A DNA stretch of 64,000 nt from Bdellovibrionales bacterium (GTDB lineage Bacteria > Bdellovibrionota > Bdellovibrionia > Bdellovibrionales > UBA1609). The notes below the pieces were generated by a model. That model made no database searches and was not told the origin of the DNA. It worked only from the letters and a program-made list of their open reading frames with translations. Positions 41,870-52,384 of the stretch are shown piece after piece. Where the stretch lies: assembly GCA_965219095.1 (NCBI GenBank), contig OZ244719.1, forward strand, positions 448,001 through 512,000, in the 5' to 3' direction. The position numbers and the translations under genes are program-made. Within the stretch, counting starts at the first letter, position 1, and every line of letters begins with the position of its first letter.

Positions 41870-42996
41870 AAGTTCAGACCCCTCATAACTAAACTGTATC
41901 CCATAATGCAGAATAGGCAACAAATTAAACCGGTGACTGATGATAGAAGCTATGCAAGTAGCCCAGCCAAATCTAACAACAGTTAGTACACTGTAAAGCT
42001 ATAAAATCAATATACTTTGAACTCCAAATCTAATGGCCGAACCTACAAATGTATAAATTATGTGTTGTTTTGCGTTAGGACTTCCTATGATAAAGCTAAA
42101 GGTTGCTATCACAAGACCAATCACCGAAATAAGGGGGCAAAATCACATTGTGAGCCTTGATTTGATATCGATAAGGGAAGATTCAAGGCTTGCAAGCCGG
42201 CTTTTCAAAGAAGCCATAAAATAACTCCTGCTAGAAACACCGTAAAAAAAAGTCGGTTGTCTGCCCTATCCAAGCTTAAATTTCTCTTATAATTTTTCTT
42301 AGAGGGGGATTTTAGAAGAAATCCTAAAGGAGGCTCTGGGGACTTTAAGAGAAAATTGACTATCCGCAGAAACAGGAGAAGTCCACTTTTGCTACTGAGC
42401 AACGATTTGCGACGCTTATTGTTGATCTTGAGGTATGGATGGAATCAAAAGTTCTTTGGATTAGTGAGTTAAAGGCTTTATTAGAAAAATTCGGAAATCC
42501 TAGGCTGTAGCTAATTTTATTGGTGCTAGTGAAGCGTTTGTCCGGAAAAACGTCCGAATTTCGGACATTAAAAAGCAAAAAAAATAATTTCAAAAAAATA
42601 TTAAAAAAATCCCTAATTATTGCTATGCTTTCCTAAAAAGAAGGAGACAAATTGCCAACACTTGATTTTAGAGGAAAGTCTATGCAAAAAATTATGAAGA
42701 AAAAAATTGTGGGAAAGCCATTGTTTTCGCATCAACTTGTTTTGAGAAGGCAAAAGAACTTTCTCAAGAAAGCATTACTTTATTGTCAACTTCCATTCGC
42801 TATCCATAGAATAGTAGGATCTTAATGCATTTAAAAGAATTTCAAGAATCTATTTTAGAAAAGCTAGATAATTACTTAGATGCTCTTAAATATGAATATA
42901 GGGAAGAGTTAGACATAAAAGAGGTAAAAAAAGGCAAAAGCTACCAACTAGAGGAATACTTACAAAAAATATGGAGCAAGTTTTGAAAAGAGGGTT

Positions 42997-44067
42997 TTGA
43001 TTTTGGAACGTATGATAAAGCAATATTTTTTCTTATTCCTTATCCTAGTTTTTATTGTTTTAATTATTTTGCTTCCGTTTTGGTATGAGGATGTAATAAA
43101 AAGCTATTTTAAAATAGATGGCAACAATATCTCTAAGTGGGAAGTCATCAAGAGCTTAGGTTATGCTATTGGCGTAGTGGCTCTTCTTGCACAAATATCA
43201 ATTTCTAGTCGCAGAACAGATGCCTCAGAAGAGTCAAATTTAAATCAACGTTACCATAACGCTATCGATCACTTATCGAGAGAAAATACAACAGCTAGGA
43301 TTGGTGCTATTTATAACTTATATAATATATCAAAATCTTCAAGAGCTTATTGCAGAGTAATTTTTGATATATTTTGCACACACCTAAAAGGAAAAGGCAA
43401 TAACTTTGAAATCAGAAAGGAAGAAAAGCAATTGATTGTTGATAAGTTATTTCGAGCCAGAAAAGAAGATAGAGTTTTGAGTAATCCTCAAAAAGTAGAA
43501 CTTCAAAATATAGACTTTACAGATATAAATTTTGAAAAAGCATTTTTGAGAGAAGCAAAATTTATAGGAACTAATTTAGAAAGTTGTTCTTTTAAAGAAG
43601 CAGACCTAACTGAGTCATGCTTGCCAGCAGAATTAAAAGGGGTTAAAAGCATGGAGAAAGCAATATTGAATAAAACGGAGTTCAAATCTGGTAGTATTCT
43701 TAGAGGCCTTATCATGAATAACGGAAAGTGGAAAGATGCAAAGATTTTATATAGCGACTTGTCAAATGCAAAGTTAGAAAATGTGGATTTAACGAGAACA
43801 AAATTAACAGGAACAAAGTTAGAAAATGCAAATTTAAAAGGGGCAAATTTAAAAGGGGCAAATTTAAAAAAGGCTACCTTGGAAAATGTTGATTTAACAA
43901 AAGCAGATCTTTCGTATGCCAAGAACTTAACTTTTAATCAATTGGTTGAGGTGAGTAGCTTGCACGGTATTATCGGATTAGATGAGAAAATTGAAAGGAA
44001 GTTAAAGACAGAAAAACCAGAGCTTTTTCAAAAAAAGCAAGAAAATATAAAGGAGGACGCAAAATGA
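42997..44067 (+). CDS. Membrane-anchored pentapeptide-repeat protein
   Basis: Two N-terminal TM segments; ANLKG repeats. Confidence 0.9.
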   Translation: MILERMIKQYFFLFLILVFIVLIILLPFWYEDVIKSYFKIDGNNISKWEVIKSLGYAIGVVALLAQISISSRRTDASEESNLNQRYHNAIDHLSRENTTARIGAIYNLYNISKSSRAYCRVIFDIFCTHLKGKGNNFEIRKEEKQLIVDKLFRARKEDRVLSNPQKVELQNIDFTDINFEKAFLREAKFIGTNLESCSFKEADLTESCLPAELKGVKSMEKAILNKTEFKSGSILRGLIMNNGKWKDAKILYSDLSNAKLENVDLTRTKLTGTKLENANLKGANLKGANLKKATLENVDLTKADLSYAKNLTFNQLVEVSSLHGIIGLDEKIERKLKTEKPELFQKKQENIKEDAK

Positions 44068-44810
44068 GTAAAAATAAAATAAAAATCAATGGGAGAGAAC
44101 AAGACATTCAGTGTGGTTTAATTAACGGGGAGAGTTTATATTCGCAACTTAATATGTCATGTGATGGAGAACGGTTATTTTTAGATGTTCAAAGTGAAGT
44201 TGATATTCCAATTAACAAAGATGATTATATTGTTATATTAGGCAAAGAAAGCTTTGTAACTGGAAAATCTAAAATAGACGATAATCCTGCTTTAAAAAAG
44301 CAGATATCTATTAAAGTAGATGACAATCCTATCGAATTATCTAAACCCAAGATAACAGGAAAAGAAATTAAAGATAGTTGTAAAGATTCGCTACCCAATA
44401 GCAATCTTTACATAGACTTATTAAATATTCCTGATCAGCTAATCAAAGATGATTTTATGTTAATTATTAACCCTGATCCTAAAAGCCCTGAGCATTGCTT
44501 TATAATAGTGCCTGTGTCAGATGATAATATTATTGATACTGAAGAATGTGCCAAACATAACAAAAAGCCTCCTAAAAAACAAGATAAGTATAAAATAAAA
44601 ATAGATGGTCAAAAATATATTGCTCCTGCTTGGCAATTATCAGGTAAAGAAATATTAAAATTAGCAAATAAAGAATGGCAACAGTTTAGCTTGCAGCAAA
44701 AATTTAAAGGAGGAGAAAGAAAAGTTATAGGACCTGAGTCTAAAGTAGATTTTTCTACACCAGGTGTTGAACGCTTTGAAACTGTTCCAAAAGAAGCACA
44801 ACAAGGATAA
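44064..44810 (+). CDS. Multi-ubiquitin-domain protein (Ubl)
   Basis: Three beta-grasp-like repeats (I/LxGxEI); VDFSTPGVERF; terminal Gly (EAQQG). Confidence 0.8.
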   Translation: MSKNKIKINGREQDIQCGLINGESLYSQLNMSCDGERLFLDVQSEVDIPINKDDYIVILGKESFVTGKSKIDDNPALKKQISIKVDDNPIELSKPKITGKEIKDSCKDSLPNSNLYIDLLNIPDQLIKDDFMLIINPDPKSPEHCFIIVPVSDDNIIDTEECAKHNKKPPKKQDKYKIKIDGQKYIAPAWQLSGKEILKLANKEWQQFSLQQKFKGGERKVIGPESKVDFSTPGVERFETVPKEAQQG

Positions 44811-44812
44811 AT

Positions 44813-45193
44813 ATGGATTTTGAATTGCCAGAAGATGACGTAGGTTTTCTCAACAATTCGTTTGAAGGTAGATGGAGTACTATAATTAACTCTACAGAGC
44901 AGGGTATAATTATTAGGAACTATTCTTTACCAGAGGGTTATGATCCATCTGAGGTAAAAGTAATGATTTTAATTCCACAAAATTATCCTATGGCTGCCCT
45001 TGATATGTTTTATTTATGCCCTGGGACATTTAAAAAAAATGGTCATAACATAGAACAATTAAGTGATGAATCTCATTTTGATAAGCAGTGGCAACGTTGG
45101 TCAAGACACTACGAATGGCAGGCTGGGACCAATAATATTGCAATACATTTGAAATTTGTTGAAAATGCTTTAATAGACGAGTTAAAAAAATGA
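44813..45193 (+). CDS. Prokaryotic E2-like protein
   Basis: LPEGY, IPQNYP..LDMFY, WQRWSRH. Confidence 0.8.
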   Translation: MDFELPEDDVGFLNNSFEGRWSTIINSTEQGIIIRNYSLPEGYDPSEVKVMILIPQNYPMAALDMFYLCPGTFKKNGHNIEQLSDESHFDKQWQRWSRHYEWQAGTNNIAIHLKFVENALIDELKK

Positions 45194-46566
45194 AATACTC
45201 TCTCTCTTTAAACAACGAACAGCATCAGAAGCTAAAAAATCATCTGCTTATAGATCATTTGGAATCTGTTGCATTGATCCTTTGCCATCAATCTAAGAGT
45301 ACAAGTCAGATAAAGCTAATTGCCTCTGAAATTATTTTAATTTCACATAGCTTATGCAAAAGAACAAAGGCCAATATTACTTGGCCAGTTGAAAAATATT
45401 TTACTCCATTGCAAATTGAGAGAATGGACAAAGAAAAATTATCTTTAATGACGATACATAGTCACCCCAACGGATATAACAATTTTTCAAATTTAGATAA
45501 CAATAACGATAATATCTTATTTAGATCAGTAAATAATTGGTTTAATGACGAGAGACCAAATGGTTCGCTTGTAATGTTGCCAAATGATCATCTCTTTGGA
45601 AGAGTTGTTAATAAGGCTGGGGATTTTACTCCATTATCACACATTAGTATTGCAGGAAGTAATATAAAGATTTTAAAGCATAAAAAGGAAAATAGCAATG
45701 TACCGAAGTTTAGTAAACGAGTCGCTCAAACTTTTGGAAAACACACACTTTCTACTCTAAAGCAATTGAATGTTGGTGTCGTTGGATGCTCTGGAACAGG
45801 AAGTATTATTATTGAGTTGTTAGCTCGTAACTGCATTGGAGAATTAGTTATTGTCGATCCTGATATAGTTGAAGAAAAAAACTTAAATAGGATATTAAAT
45901 ACTGCATCGAGTGATGCCAATAGGACAAACCCTAAAGTTAAAGTTCTAAAAAGAGCAATTCAAAAGTTAGATATGGGAACGGAGGTATCTGCTTACCAAT
46001 CTACTACATCTGATAGAAAAGTCATATCGGCATTAAAAAACTGTGATATTTTATTTGGTTGTGTTGATTCAGCTATTGGTAGATACCATCTTGATTGTGT
46101 GTCATCTGCTTATATAATTCCTTACTTTGATATTGGAGTTCGAATTGATGCAGATAAAAAGGGAAATATCTCTCAGGCAATTACAGTTGCCCATTATATT
46201 GAACCAGGACAATCGAATCTTTTGTCAAGGGGGGCCTATACTAGTGAACAAGTGAGGGTGGAGAGTTTAAAGATACACAACCCAACTCATTATGAACAAC
46301 AAAAAAAAGAAGGCTATATTTCTGGAATAGATGAAGATCAACCTGCAGTAATATCAGTTAATATGCAAGCTGCGTGTATGTCATTTAATGACTTTATAGC
46401 ACGTATTCATAATTATCGGCTAGATAGTAATTGTGATTTTGCTATTCAACAAATGAGTTTAACCCATGGATACTATAGACATCAAAAAAACAAGCAAGGA
46501 CTTCATCCACTCTTTGCTAAAAATTTTAGCAAAGCCGATCAATCTGATCTATTGAAATTGATATGA
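45190..46566 (+). CDS. JAB peptidase-E1 (ThiF) fusion
   Basis: E..HSHP..FSNLD (JAB); VGCSGTGS, DPDIVEEKNLNR and GCVD (ThiF). Confidence 0.88.
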   Translation: MKYSLSLNNEQHQKLKNHLLIDHLESVALILCHQSKSTSQIKLIASEIILISHSLCKRTKANITWPVEKYFTPLQIERMDKEKLSLMTIHSHPNGYNNFSNLDNNNDNILFRSVNNWFNDERPNGSLVMLPNDHLFGRVVNKAGDFTPLSHISIAGSNIKILKHKKENSNVPKFSKRVAQTFGKHTLSTLKQLNVGVVGCSGTGSIIIELLARNCIGELVIVDPDIVEEKNLNRILNTASSDANRTNPKVKVLKRAIQKLDMGTEVSAYQSTTSDRKVISALKNCDILFGCVDSAIGRYHLDCVSSAYIIPYFDIGVRIDADKKGNISQAITVAHYIEPGQSNLLSRGAYTSEQVRVESLKIHNPTHYEQQKKEGYISGIDEDQPAVISVNMQAACMSFNDFIARIHNYRLDSNCDFAIQQMSLTHGYYRHQKNKQGLHPLFAKNFSKADQSDLLKLI

Positions 46567-46907
46567 TAAGATTATTTTTTGAAAAAATAAAAATATTTCT
46601 ATATAACCTTTGGAAACCAAGCTATAGAACTGTCTGGACAGAAAATTTTCCAGAAAAACTCAAGAAAAGAATAGTTTATATTATTGGAAATAAAAAACAT
46701 CCGTTTCAAGTTGTATTTTTGTGTCCTAAAAATTGTAATAAAAAAATTTTTCTTAATATATCAAAACAACACAATAAATTTGAACGTTGGAAGCTTATTG
46801 AACATAAAGATGGAACAGTCTCACTTGTTCCATCTATTTACATGAAAACTCTTGATTGTGACTGTCATTATTGGTTCAAAAGAGGACGCATCAATTGGAT
46901 TCGATGA
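46563..46907 (+). CDS. DUF6527-like Cys/His metal-binding protein
   Basis: FLCPKNC..SLVPSI..CDCHYW. Confidence 0.75.
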   Translation: MIRLFFEKIKIFLYNLWKPSYRTVWTENFPEKLKKRIVYIIGNKKHPFQVVFLCPKNCNKKIFLNISKQHNKFERWKLIEHKDGTVSLVPSIYMKTLDCDCHYWFKRGRINWIR

Positions 46908-47131
46908 AGTAAATTAACCAGCTCATATTTTTAATCAGTGTAGTAGTTGTAACTTATCCCTATCAATCTTTCCAGAAAGACTTTTTTCAGTAACTTAACT
47001 TTGTCTAACAGACCTCTTTAGTGACTTTTTTACGATGTGTTCGTGATTGGTTCATGATTTTTTAAAAACCAAGAGCAGCAAAAGTTTGCTTTTTTCCTCA
47101 GAACAAAGTAAGTAGTCGCACGAGAAACTCT

Positions 47132-47524
47132 TTACGACAAGTTAAAAAGAAAAAACTGATCAGCTATTTCTATATCATTTCCTTTTCTTTCGGGATCAGG
47201 AAAAAACTCAGGCACTCTATCTCTTACTTGATAATAAATATGTCTATGAGATTCTTGTTTTTTAAGCTCACTTTTATAATAACCTTCATCAAAAAGTTCT
47301 TTAAGTTCATAAAATTCATTTTCTAAAACATTTGGCGTTTCATTTTCTTGAAACACTATAGAGTAAGACTCAAAAAACTCTAAAAGTTGAAGTTCAATAA
47401 TCTTTGAATCAATTTCTTTTTTATCAGCAAAGCTAAAATCCACACCTGAGCCTCCTGCCCATATAAAACTTTTAAAAGAAAAAGTAAAGAATAAAACTGT
47501 TATTATGAATAGGTTTTTAGCCAT
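47132..47524 (-). CDS. Hypothetical exported protein
   Basis: Near-identical to 8165..8557. Confidence 0.65.
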   Translation of the reverse strand: MAKNLFIITVLFFTFSFKSFIWAGGSGVDFSFADKKEIDSKIIELQLLEFFESYSIVFQENETPNVLENEFYELKELFDEGYYKSELKKQESHRHIYYQVRDRVPEFFPDPERKGNDIEIADQFFLFNLS

Positions 47525-48065
47525 GATTTTCTCCTTTTGGTTTTATGTTAGACGTTTTTATTATGCCTAAATTTATGTTATAAATAGATTTTTCAGATTT
47601 TTCTTCATTTTTTAAAGAGTTCTCTGAGCTTTCAAGAAGTTCAGAGATAATTCTGTCAAAATCCTGTTTAAATTTATTCATAGCTTCTTTGCTACAGGCC
47701 ACTGTATAATTTGAGATTTTTTCTATAGTTTCGGGTTTTATTTGAGCTAAGAGGTATCTTGTTTTTAAAATATGTTGATGTATGGCCTGATTTTTTGTGA
47801 TTTCTTTTTTTGTGATGACAAAGTTTCTCTTCCCAGCTTTATAAAAACTCCCTTCTTTGACAAGAAAGCCTAACTCCTCTAATCCGTCAATAGCATCTGT
47901 AGCTTCTTCTAAGGTTACAGAGAAGGTTTCTGCTACGACTTGTGGTGAAGCGGGAAGGTTTTCTATTGTGAGGTGAGCATGAAGTTCTGGCCAAAAAGGA
48001 TCACAAAGCCAATTTTCTAAAAGCATGTTATCTCTTTCTTGAATGCTTTGTTTTACTTTTAACAT
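47517..48065 (-). CDS. DUF4423/TIGR02147-like protein
   Basis: Near-identical to 7624..8172. Confidence 0.55.
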   Translation of the reverse strand: MLKVKQSIQERDNMLLENWLCDPFWPELHAHLTIENLPASPQVVAETFSVTLEEATDAIDGLEELGFLVKEGSFYKAGKRNFVITKKEITKNQAIHQHILKTRYLLAQIKPETIEKISNYTVACSKEAMNKFKQDFDRIISELLESSENSLKNEEKSEKSIYNINLGIIKTSNIKPKGENHG

Positions 48066-48490
48066 AATTTAGCCTGCTTTCTTTTATACCTCATCTCTTG
48101 CAGGTGTTCTTTTAATCTTGTGCGTGAGTTTTCTATGGTTTTATTTTTATCAGCACAACGTTCACTAGAAGCTATAACATCTTTAAGAATCGATCTTTTA
48201 TCATGTTTTGAAAGCCCCTTTAAAATAAGCTCCATGTCTTCTCCTATAGGGGTATCGCTTTGCTCTCTTCTTTCTAACTCATCTCTCACAATAGCTCTTA
48301 AGTTAATGCCTGCTAGTTTAAGGACTCTCATAAAATCATAAGAGTTTATATGACTTTTACCGTTTAGGAAAGTGCTTATAGTATTCTTATTGAGTTCTAA
48401 AAGACGAGCAGCTTCAAGAACTCCAATGCTATTATAAGTCAATAATGAATCTAAGTTATTTAAAAAAGCAAAATCTCTGTTGATCTTCAT
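48059..48490 (-). CDS. XRE-like HTH protein
   Basis: Near-identical to 7199..7630. Confidence 0.7.
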   Translation of the reverse strand: MKINRDFAFLNNLDSLLTYNSIGVLEAARLLELNKNTISTFLNGKSHINSYDFMRVLKLAGINLRAIVRDELERREQSDTPIGEDMELILKGLSKHDKRSILKDVIASSERCADKNKTIENSRTRLKEHLQEMRYKRKQAKLC

Positions 48491-48516
48491 AAGAAAAAAG
48501 TTTCAATATACTTTTT

Positions 48517-50112
48517 ATGATTTTCTTTTTAGGGGGAGTGATTGCACATAAAGAGATTAAAAAAGCTCCTTATGCTTCTAAAAGGCTTGCGAAAAACTAT
48601 AAATTTATAATTTGTATTTTTATTGGCCTTGTCATTTTAGAGACTCTTTTTTATCTACTTGTTTTAGACCTCTTGTTTTTCTGGTTAGCACAGCTTTTTG
48701 TATTTTGGATCTTTCAGGCTTTTTTACTTTTTATAACTTGTAATTTTTGGCTTAAGGATGAGAACATAAAATCCAAAAAACGCATTACAGTGGATCATTT
48801 GGAGGGAGAAGAAGTTGATTTCAAAACTTTTGAGAAGGCTCTTGAGTCTAAAGACTCAGCTCCTATAGGAGCCAATTTTGTCAAAAAAGAGCTTGTAAGT
48901 TTACCTGTCAGTTCTAGAACAGAGCATTTACTTGTTACAGGAGCGACAGGCACAGGAAAAACAACCTTGATGATGAATTTACTGAGGCACAGTTTTTTGC
49001 ATAAACACCCTCTTGTGATCCTTGATCCTAAGGGGGAAATAAAGGACATAGAGATGATAAAATTCCTTTTTTGTGAGTTAGGAAGAAAAGAGGAAGACTT
49101 TAAGCTTTTTTCTCTTGCACAGCCTGAAAAGAGCTTGTCCTACGATCCTTTGAAGTATGGAACAAGTGAACAAGTGAGGTCGAAACTGATGCTTGGCCTT
49201 AGTTTTACTCATGATTATTATGCTTCACAAGCCAGTCAGTATCTTTCTATCTTGCTTTCTTGTTTTGAAGCTCTAAAAAAGAAAATGAATCTTAAAGAAT
49301 TAAAACAAGCCCTCAACAACTCTCACAAAGAATTTATGGAGAAAAAAGAGCTGGAAGGGATGGAAGATGATGTAGCTTCTTTATCTCAAATTAAAAAAGA
49401 AGACCTTGCAGGATTAAAAGCTCAGGTTGAGATTTTAAACTCTAGAGAGTTTTCTCATCTTCTTTCTTCTTCAAAGTGTCAAATTGATTTAGTTGAGATT
49501 TTGGAAAAAGGTCAGGTGGCTTATTTTCAACTGAACACAAACGGATATGGTGATTTTGCAAGACGTTTAGGCAAAATGATTGTGCAAGACTTGAAAGTTA
49601 TAAGCAGTCAAATTCATGCAGGACAAATAGCACCTAAGTTTAACTTTGCAGGGATATTTATTGACGAATTTGGCTCTTTTGCAACAAGAGATTTTAGCGA
49701 CCTTCTTAAAATGATCAGAAGCTCTAACATAGGGGTTCATCTTTTTTGTCAAGGCTTGGCTGATTTAAAAGCTGTATCTTCTGAGTTTTCGGATCAGATT
49801 TTAGGTAACACTGCTTATAAGCTGATCTTCCGTCAAGATGTCCCTCAAGACTGTGAAACATGGTCTTCTGTTTGTGGAACTATAGAAGATAAAGCTATGA
49901 CCTTTCAAGTGTCATCACAAGAGATGTTAAGCGAGTTTGAAAAAACAGGCTTAGGTTCACTTTTTAACACCAAAAAGATGAAAGTGGATTTTGATGTTTT
50001 TAAGTCTTTAAAAAGAGGTCAAGCTCTTCTTATTGATAAACTTCAAAACAAGCAAATTTTACTTCAAGTTTACAATGCTAAAGAAAAAAAGAAGAAAGGC
50101 TTGGAGAAATGA
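48517..50112 (+). CDS. Type IV coupling protein (TraD/TrwB/VirD4-like ATPase), intact
   Basis: N-terminal TM segments, GATGTGKT, LDPKG, IFIDEF and QILGNT motifs. Confidence 0.88.
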   Translation: MIFFLGGVIAHKEIKKAPYASKRLAKNYKFIICIFIGLVILETLFYLLVLDLLFFWLAQLFVFWIFQAFLLFITCNFWLKDENIKSKKRITVDHLEGEEVDFKTFEKALESKDSAPIGANFVKKELVSLPVSSRTEHLLVTGATGTGKTTLMMNLLRHSFLHKHPLVILDPKGEIKDIEMIKFLFCELGRKEEDFKLFSLAQPEKSLSYDPLKYGTSEQVRSKLMLGLSFTHDYYASQASQYLSILLSCFEALKKKMNLKELKQALNNSHKEFMEKKELEGMEDDVASLSQIKKEDLAGLKAQVEILNSREFSHLLSSSKCQIDLVEILEKGQVAYFQLNTNGYGDFARRLGKMIVQDLKVISSQIHAGQIAPKFNFAGIFIDEFGSFATRDFSDLLKMIRSSNIGVHLFCQGLADLKAVSSEFSDQILGNTAYKLIFRQDVPQDCETWSSVCGTIEDKAMTFQVSSQEMLSEFEKTGLGSLFNTKKMKVDFDVFKSLKRGQALLIDKLQNKQILLQVYNAKEKKKKGLEK

Positions 50113-50118
50113 GAAGAC

Positions 50119-50351
50119 ACCCAACCCAACCACTCTTTTATAACCTATCACTACTGTGTACCTGTGGTGACGAAAGTGAGTTAGGGTGGTCAAATCTTAA
50201 ACCCTTTCAACAAGTCGTAAGAATGGGCGTAATAAGGCCCTTTGATAAGGTCTTGTTTTCATTGGGTTTAGGATTTGACCACCCTAACTCACTTTCTAAT
50301 CTCTCTGGTAGATGTGGTGTGTGATGTGTGGTGTGAGTGGTTGGGTTGGGT
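50119..50351. other. Long nested hairpin (large-element type)
   Basis: Mirror of 3928-4160 with a compensatory pair change. Confidence 0.85.
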
Positions 50352-50511
50352 AGTAGGTTGGTGGAAAAGGAAAGGAAAGAAAATTTTTTTAAAGCTAGTC
50401 TTAAAAAAATTTTCTGTTTGTTAAATCTGCGGACGAACTTTTATAAGCTCTCCGCACTATCCTCTCTTGAAGCTCAAGAAAGGATGTAAATCAATAAGGA
50501 AAGGAGTAGAA

Positions 50512-50739
50512 ATGAAACTAAAAACTACAATTTATGACGCACTCTCAGTCAGAGCTTATAAAGACTCTCAGGGAAACGAAAAAGTGGACTACCAAAGAAT
50601 AGGTGTAGCCTTTGGTTTAAAGAACAAAAACGGTTTTTCTTTGAAGCTCACAAGCTTGCCTGTCTCAGGGGAGCTTGTGGTTATAGAAAGAATACCAAAA
50701 AAAGAGCAGAAAAATGATACAGAAGAAATGCCCTTTTAA
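50512..50739 (+). CDS. Small putative ssDNA-binding protein
   Basis: Same protein as 3540..3767. Confidence 0.55.
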   Translation: MKLKTTIYDALSVRAYKDSQGNEKVDYQRIGVAFGLKNKNGFSLKLTSLPVSGELVVIERIPKKEQKNDTEEMPF

Positions 50740-50804
50740 AGGCTTAGAATACCAAATGAGGGAGCTTTAAGCTCCCTCGTTATATTTTGAAAGGAGAAAT
50801 AAAA

Positions 50805-51065
50805 ATGAATAAAAAAGAATTGAAACCAATCAAGAAAAGTAGTAGTTTAGAGAACACTATTCGCCCTCAAAAAAAGGGCCTGTTCTTTGACAATTTAATA
50901 ACTATTGAGGAGCTTTCAGAAAATTTAGGTTTATCTAAGAAGACTTTACAAAATTGGGTTTCTTTAAGGAAAATCCCTTATGTAAAAATAGGCCGAAAGG
51001 TTTATTTTAGGTCTTCTCGCTTACAGCAGTGGATTGAACGAAAGGAGTTCAAATCATGTCTGTAA
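50805..51065 (+). CDS. Excisionase-like HTH protein
   Basis: Same protein as 3214..3474. Confidence 0.85.
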   Translation: MNKKELKPIKKSSSLENTIRPQKKGLFFDNLITIEELSENLGLSKKTLQNWVSLRKIPYVKIGRKVYFRSSRLQQWIERKEFKSCL

Positions 51066-52258
51066 CTAAAATTAAAAGAAAAAAAAAGAACGTCTATCAA
51101 GCTCAAGTGTATGTCAGAGGAGTGAGGCTTTCGAGTAAAGTTTTTGAAAACAAAACTCAAGCTTACATTTGGCATGATAGAGAAAAAGATCGCCTTGAAA
51201 AAGGTGAAACTATAGAAGAAAAAGAACTTAAAGAATTGCTTTTTTGCGATTGTGTAGAAAAGTACATCAAAGAGTATCTGCCTAAACTGAGAGCTTCCAG
51301 CCAGAGAAAAATCTTATTGAATCTGAAAAATCTTTCAGTTAACAGCCCCTTAAATAAAGTCAAGATGTTAGACTTAAAGGCAAAGGAGATAAGCCTTTGG
51401 ATTTCTTGGTTTCAAAAGAAAACTAAGAAGTGTAGGCAAAGACAGAGTTTTAAAACAGAGTTTAGGCGACTTGTAGCTGTTCTAAACTGGTGGAGAAATT
51501 ATGTTGACCCAAATTTTGTTGTTCCTGTAGTGAAAATGCATAGAGATATTTGCTATGAGACAACTCAAAAACTAAGACGACCTGACTACTTTGCTAGACC
51601 AGAAGAAATACAGCTTTGGCTTCAAAAGCTTCAGAAAATATCTAACCCTGTTTATTATAGACTGGCAAAGTTTATGATTTTAACAGGAGCTAGAGTGAGT
51701 GAAGCTTGTGGGCTTTTATGGAAAGAAGTTGTCTTTGAAGAAAAATTTGTACGTGTGGTAAGGACAGCTGATTGGGGAGGTAACAAAATAACTCTCTGTG
51801 AAGACACTAAAACGAAAGCATCTAACAGGCTTTTGGTTCTTCCAGAGAGACTTGTGGAGTTGTTAAGGGTTATGAAAAGTGAGTCTCCCGAAAATCCCTT
51901 AGTCTTTCATTCAAGAGAAGGTGAAATGGTGTCTTATACAAGCATTCGCTGGGCTTTTGATAAGTCCTTTAAGGCCTGCAATCTTCCTTGGAGAGGGACT
52001 CATATTTGCCGTCATACTTATGCCACAATGGCACTTATGGCGACAAAAAGTCTTTCCGCTGTGCAAGCAAGTCTTGGGCATACAGATCAAGCTATGACTC
52101 AAAGGTATGCTAAAGCGGTAGCTTTAATAAATTCTGATATGGCAGAAAGAACGGCTAGCATGTACGAATCGAAATCACTTACAAAATCACTTACGCACCC
52201 TCAAAAGACCCTAAATGAGTCCTCATTAAGGATAAGGGAAAGTGATTCTAGCAGTTGA
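51056..52258 (+). CDS. Tyrosine integrase (type A)
   Basis: Catalytic motifs intact; 5 aa differences from 2021..3223 by my count. Confidence 0.95.
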   Translation: MSVTKIKRKKKNVYQAQVYVRGVRLSSKVFENKTQAYIWHDREKDRLEKGETIEEKELKELLFCDCVEKYIKEYLPKLRASSQRKILLNLKNLSVNSPLNKVKMLDLKAKEISLWISWFQKKTKKCRQRQSFKTEFRRLVAVLNWWRNYVDPNFVVPVVKMHRDICYETTQKLRRPDYFARPEEIQLWLQKLQKISNPVYYRLAKFMILTGARVSEACGLLWKEVVFEEKFVRVVRTADWGGNKITLCEDTKTKASNRLLVLPERLVELLRVMKSESPENPLVFHSREGEMVSYTSIRWAFDKSFKACNLPWRGTHICRHTYATMALMATKSLSAVQASLGHTDQAMTQRYAKAVALINSDMAERTASMYESKSLTKSLTHPQKTLNESSLRIRESDSSS

Positions 52259-52336
52259 ATTGTAAAGATTTAAAACCACTTCAAAAAGCAAAATGAATGG
52301 GTTTTTTTAGCTTGGATTTTGTGAGTTAAGAAAAGA

Positions 52337-52365
52337 AAAACCCCTCCAAAAAAGGGAGGGGTTTT
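52337..52365. terminator. Bidirectional intrinsic terminator
   Basis: Mirror of 1914-1942. Confidence 0.85.
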
Positions 52366-52384
52366 AAAGTAGAGTTTAAGTATT

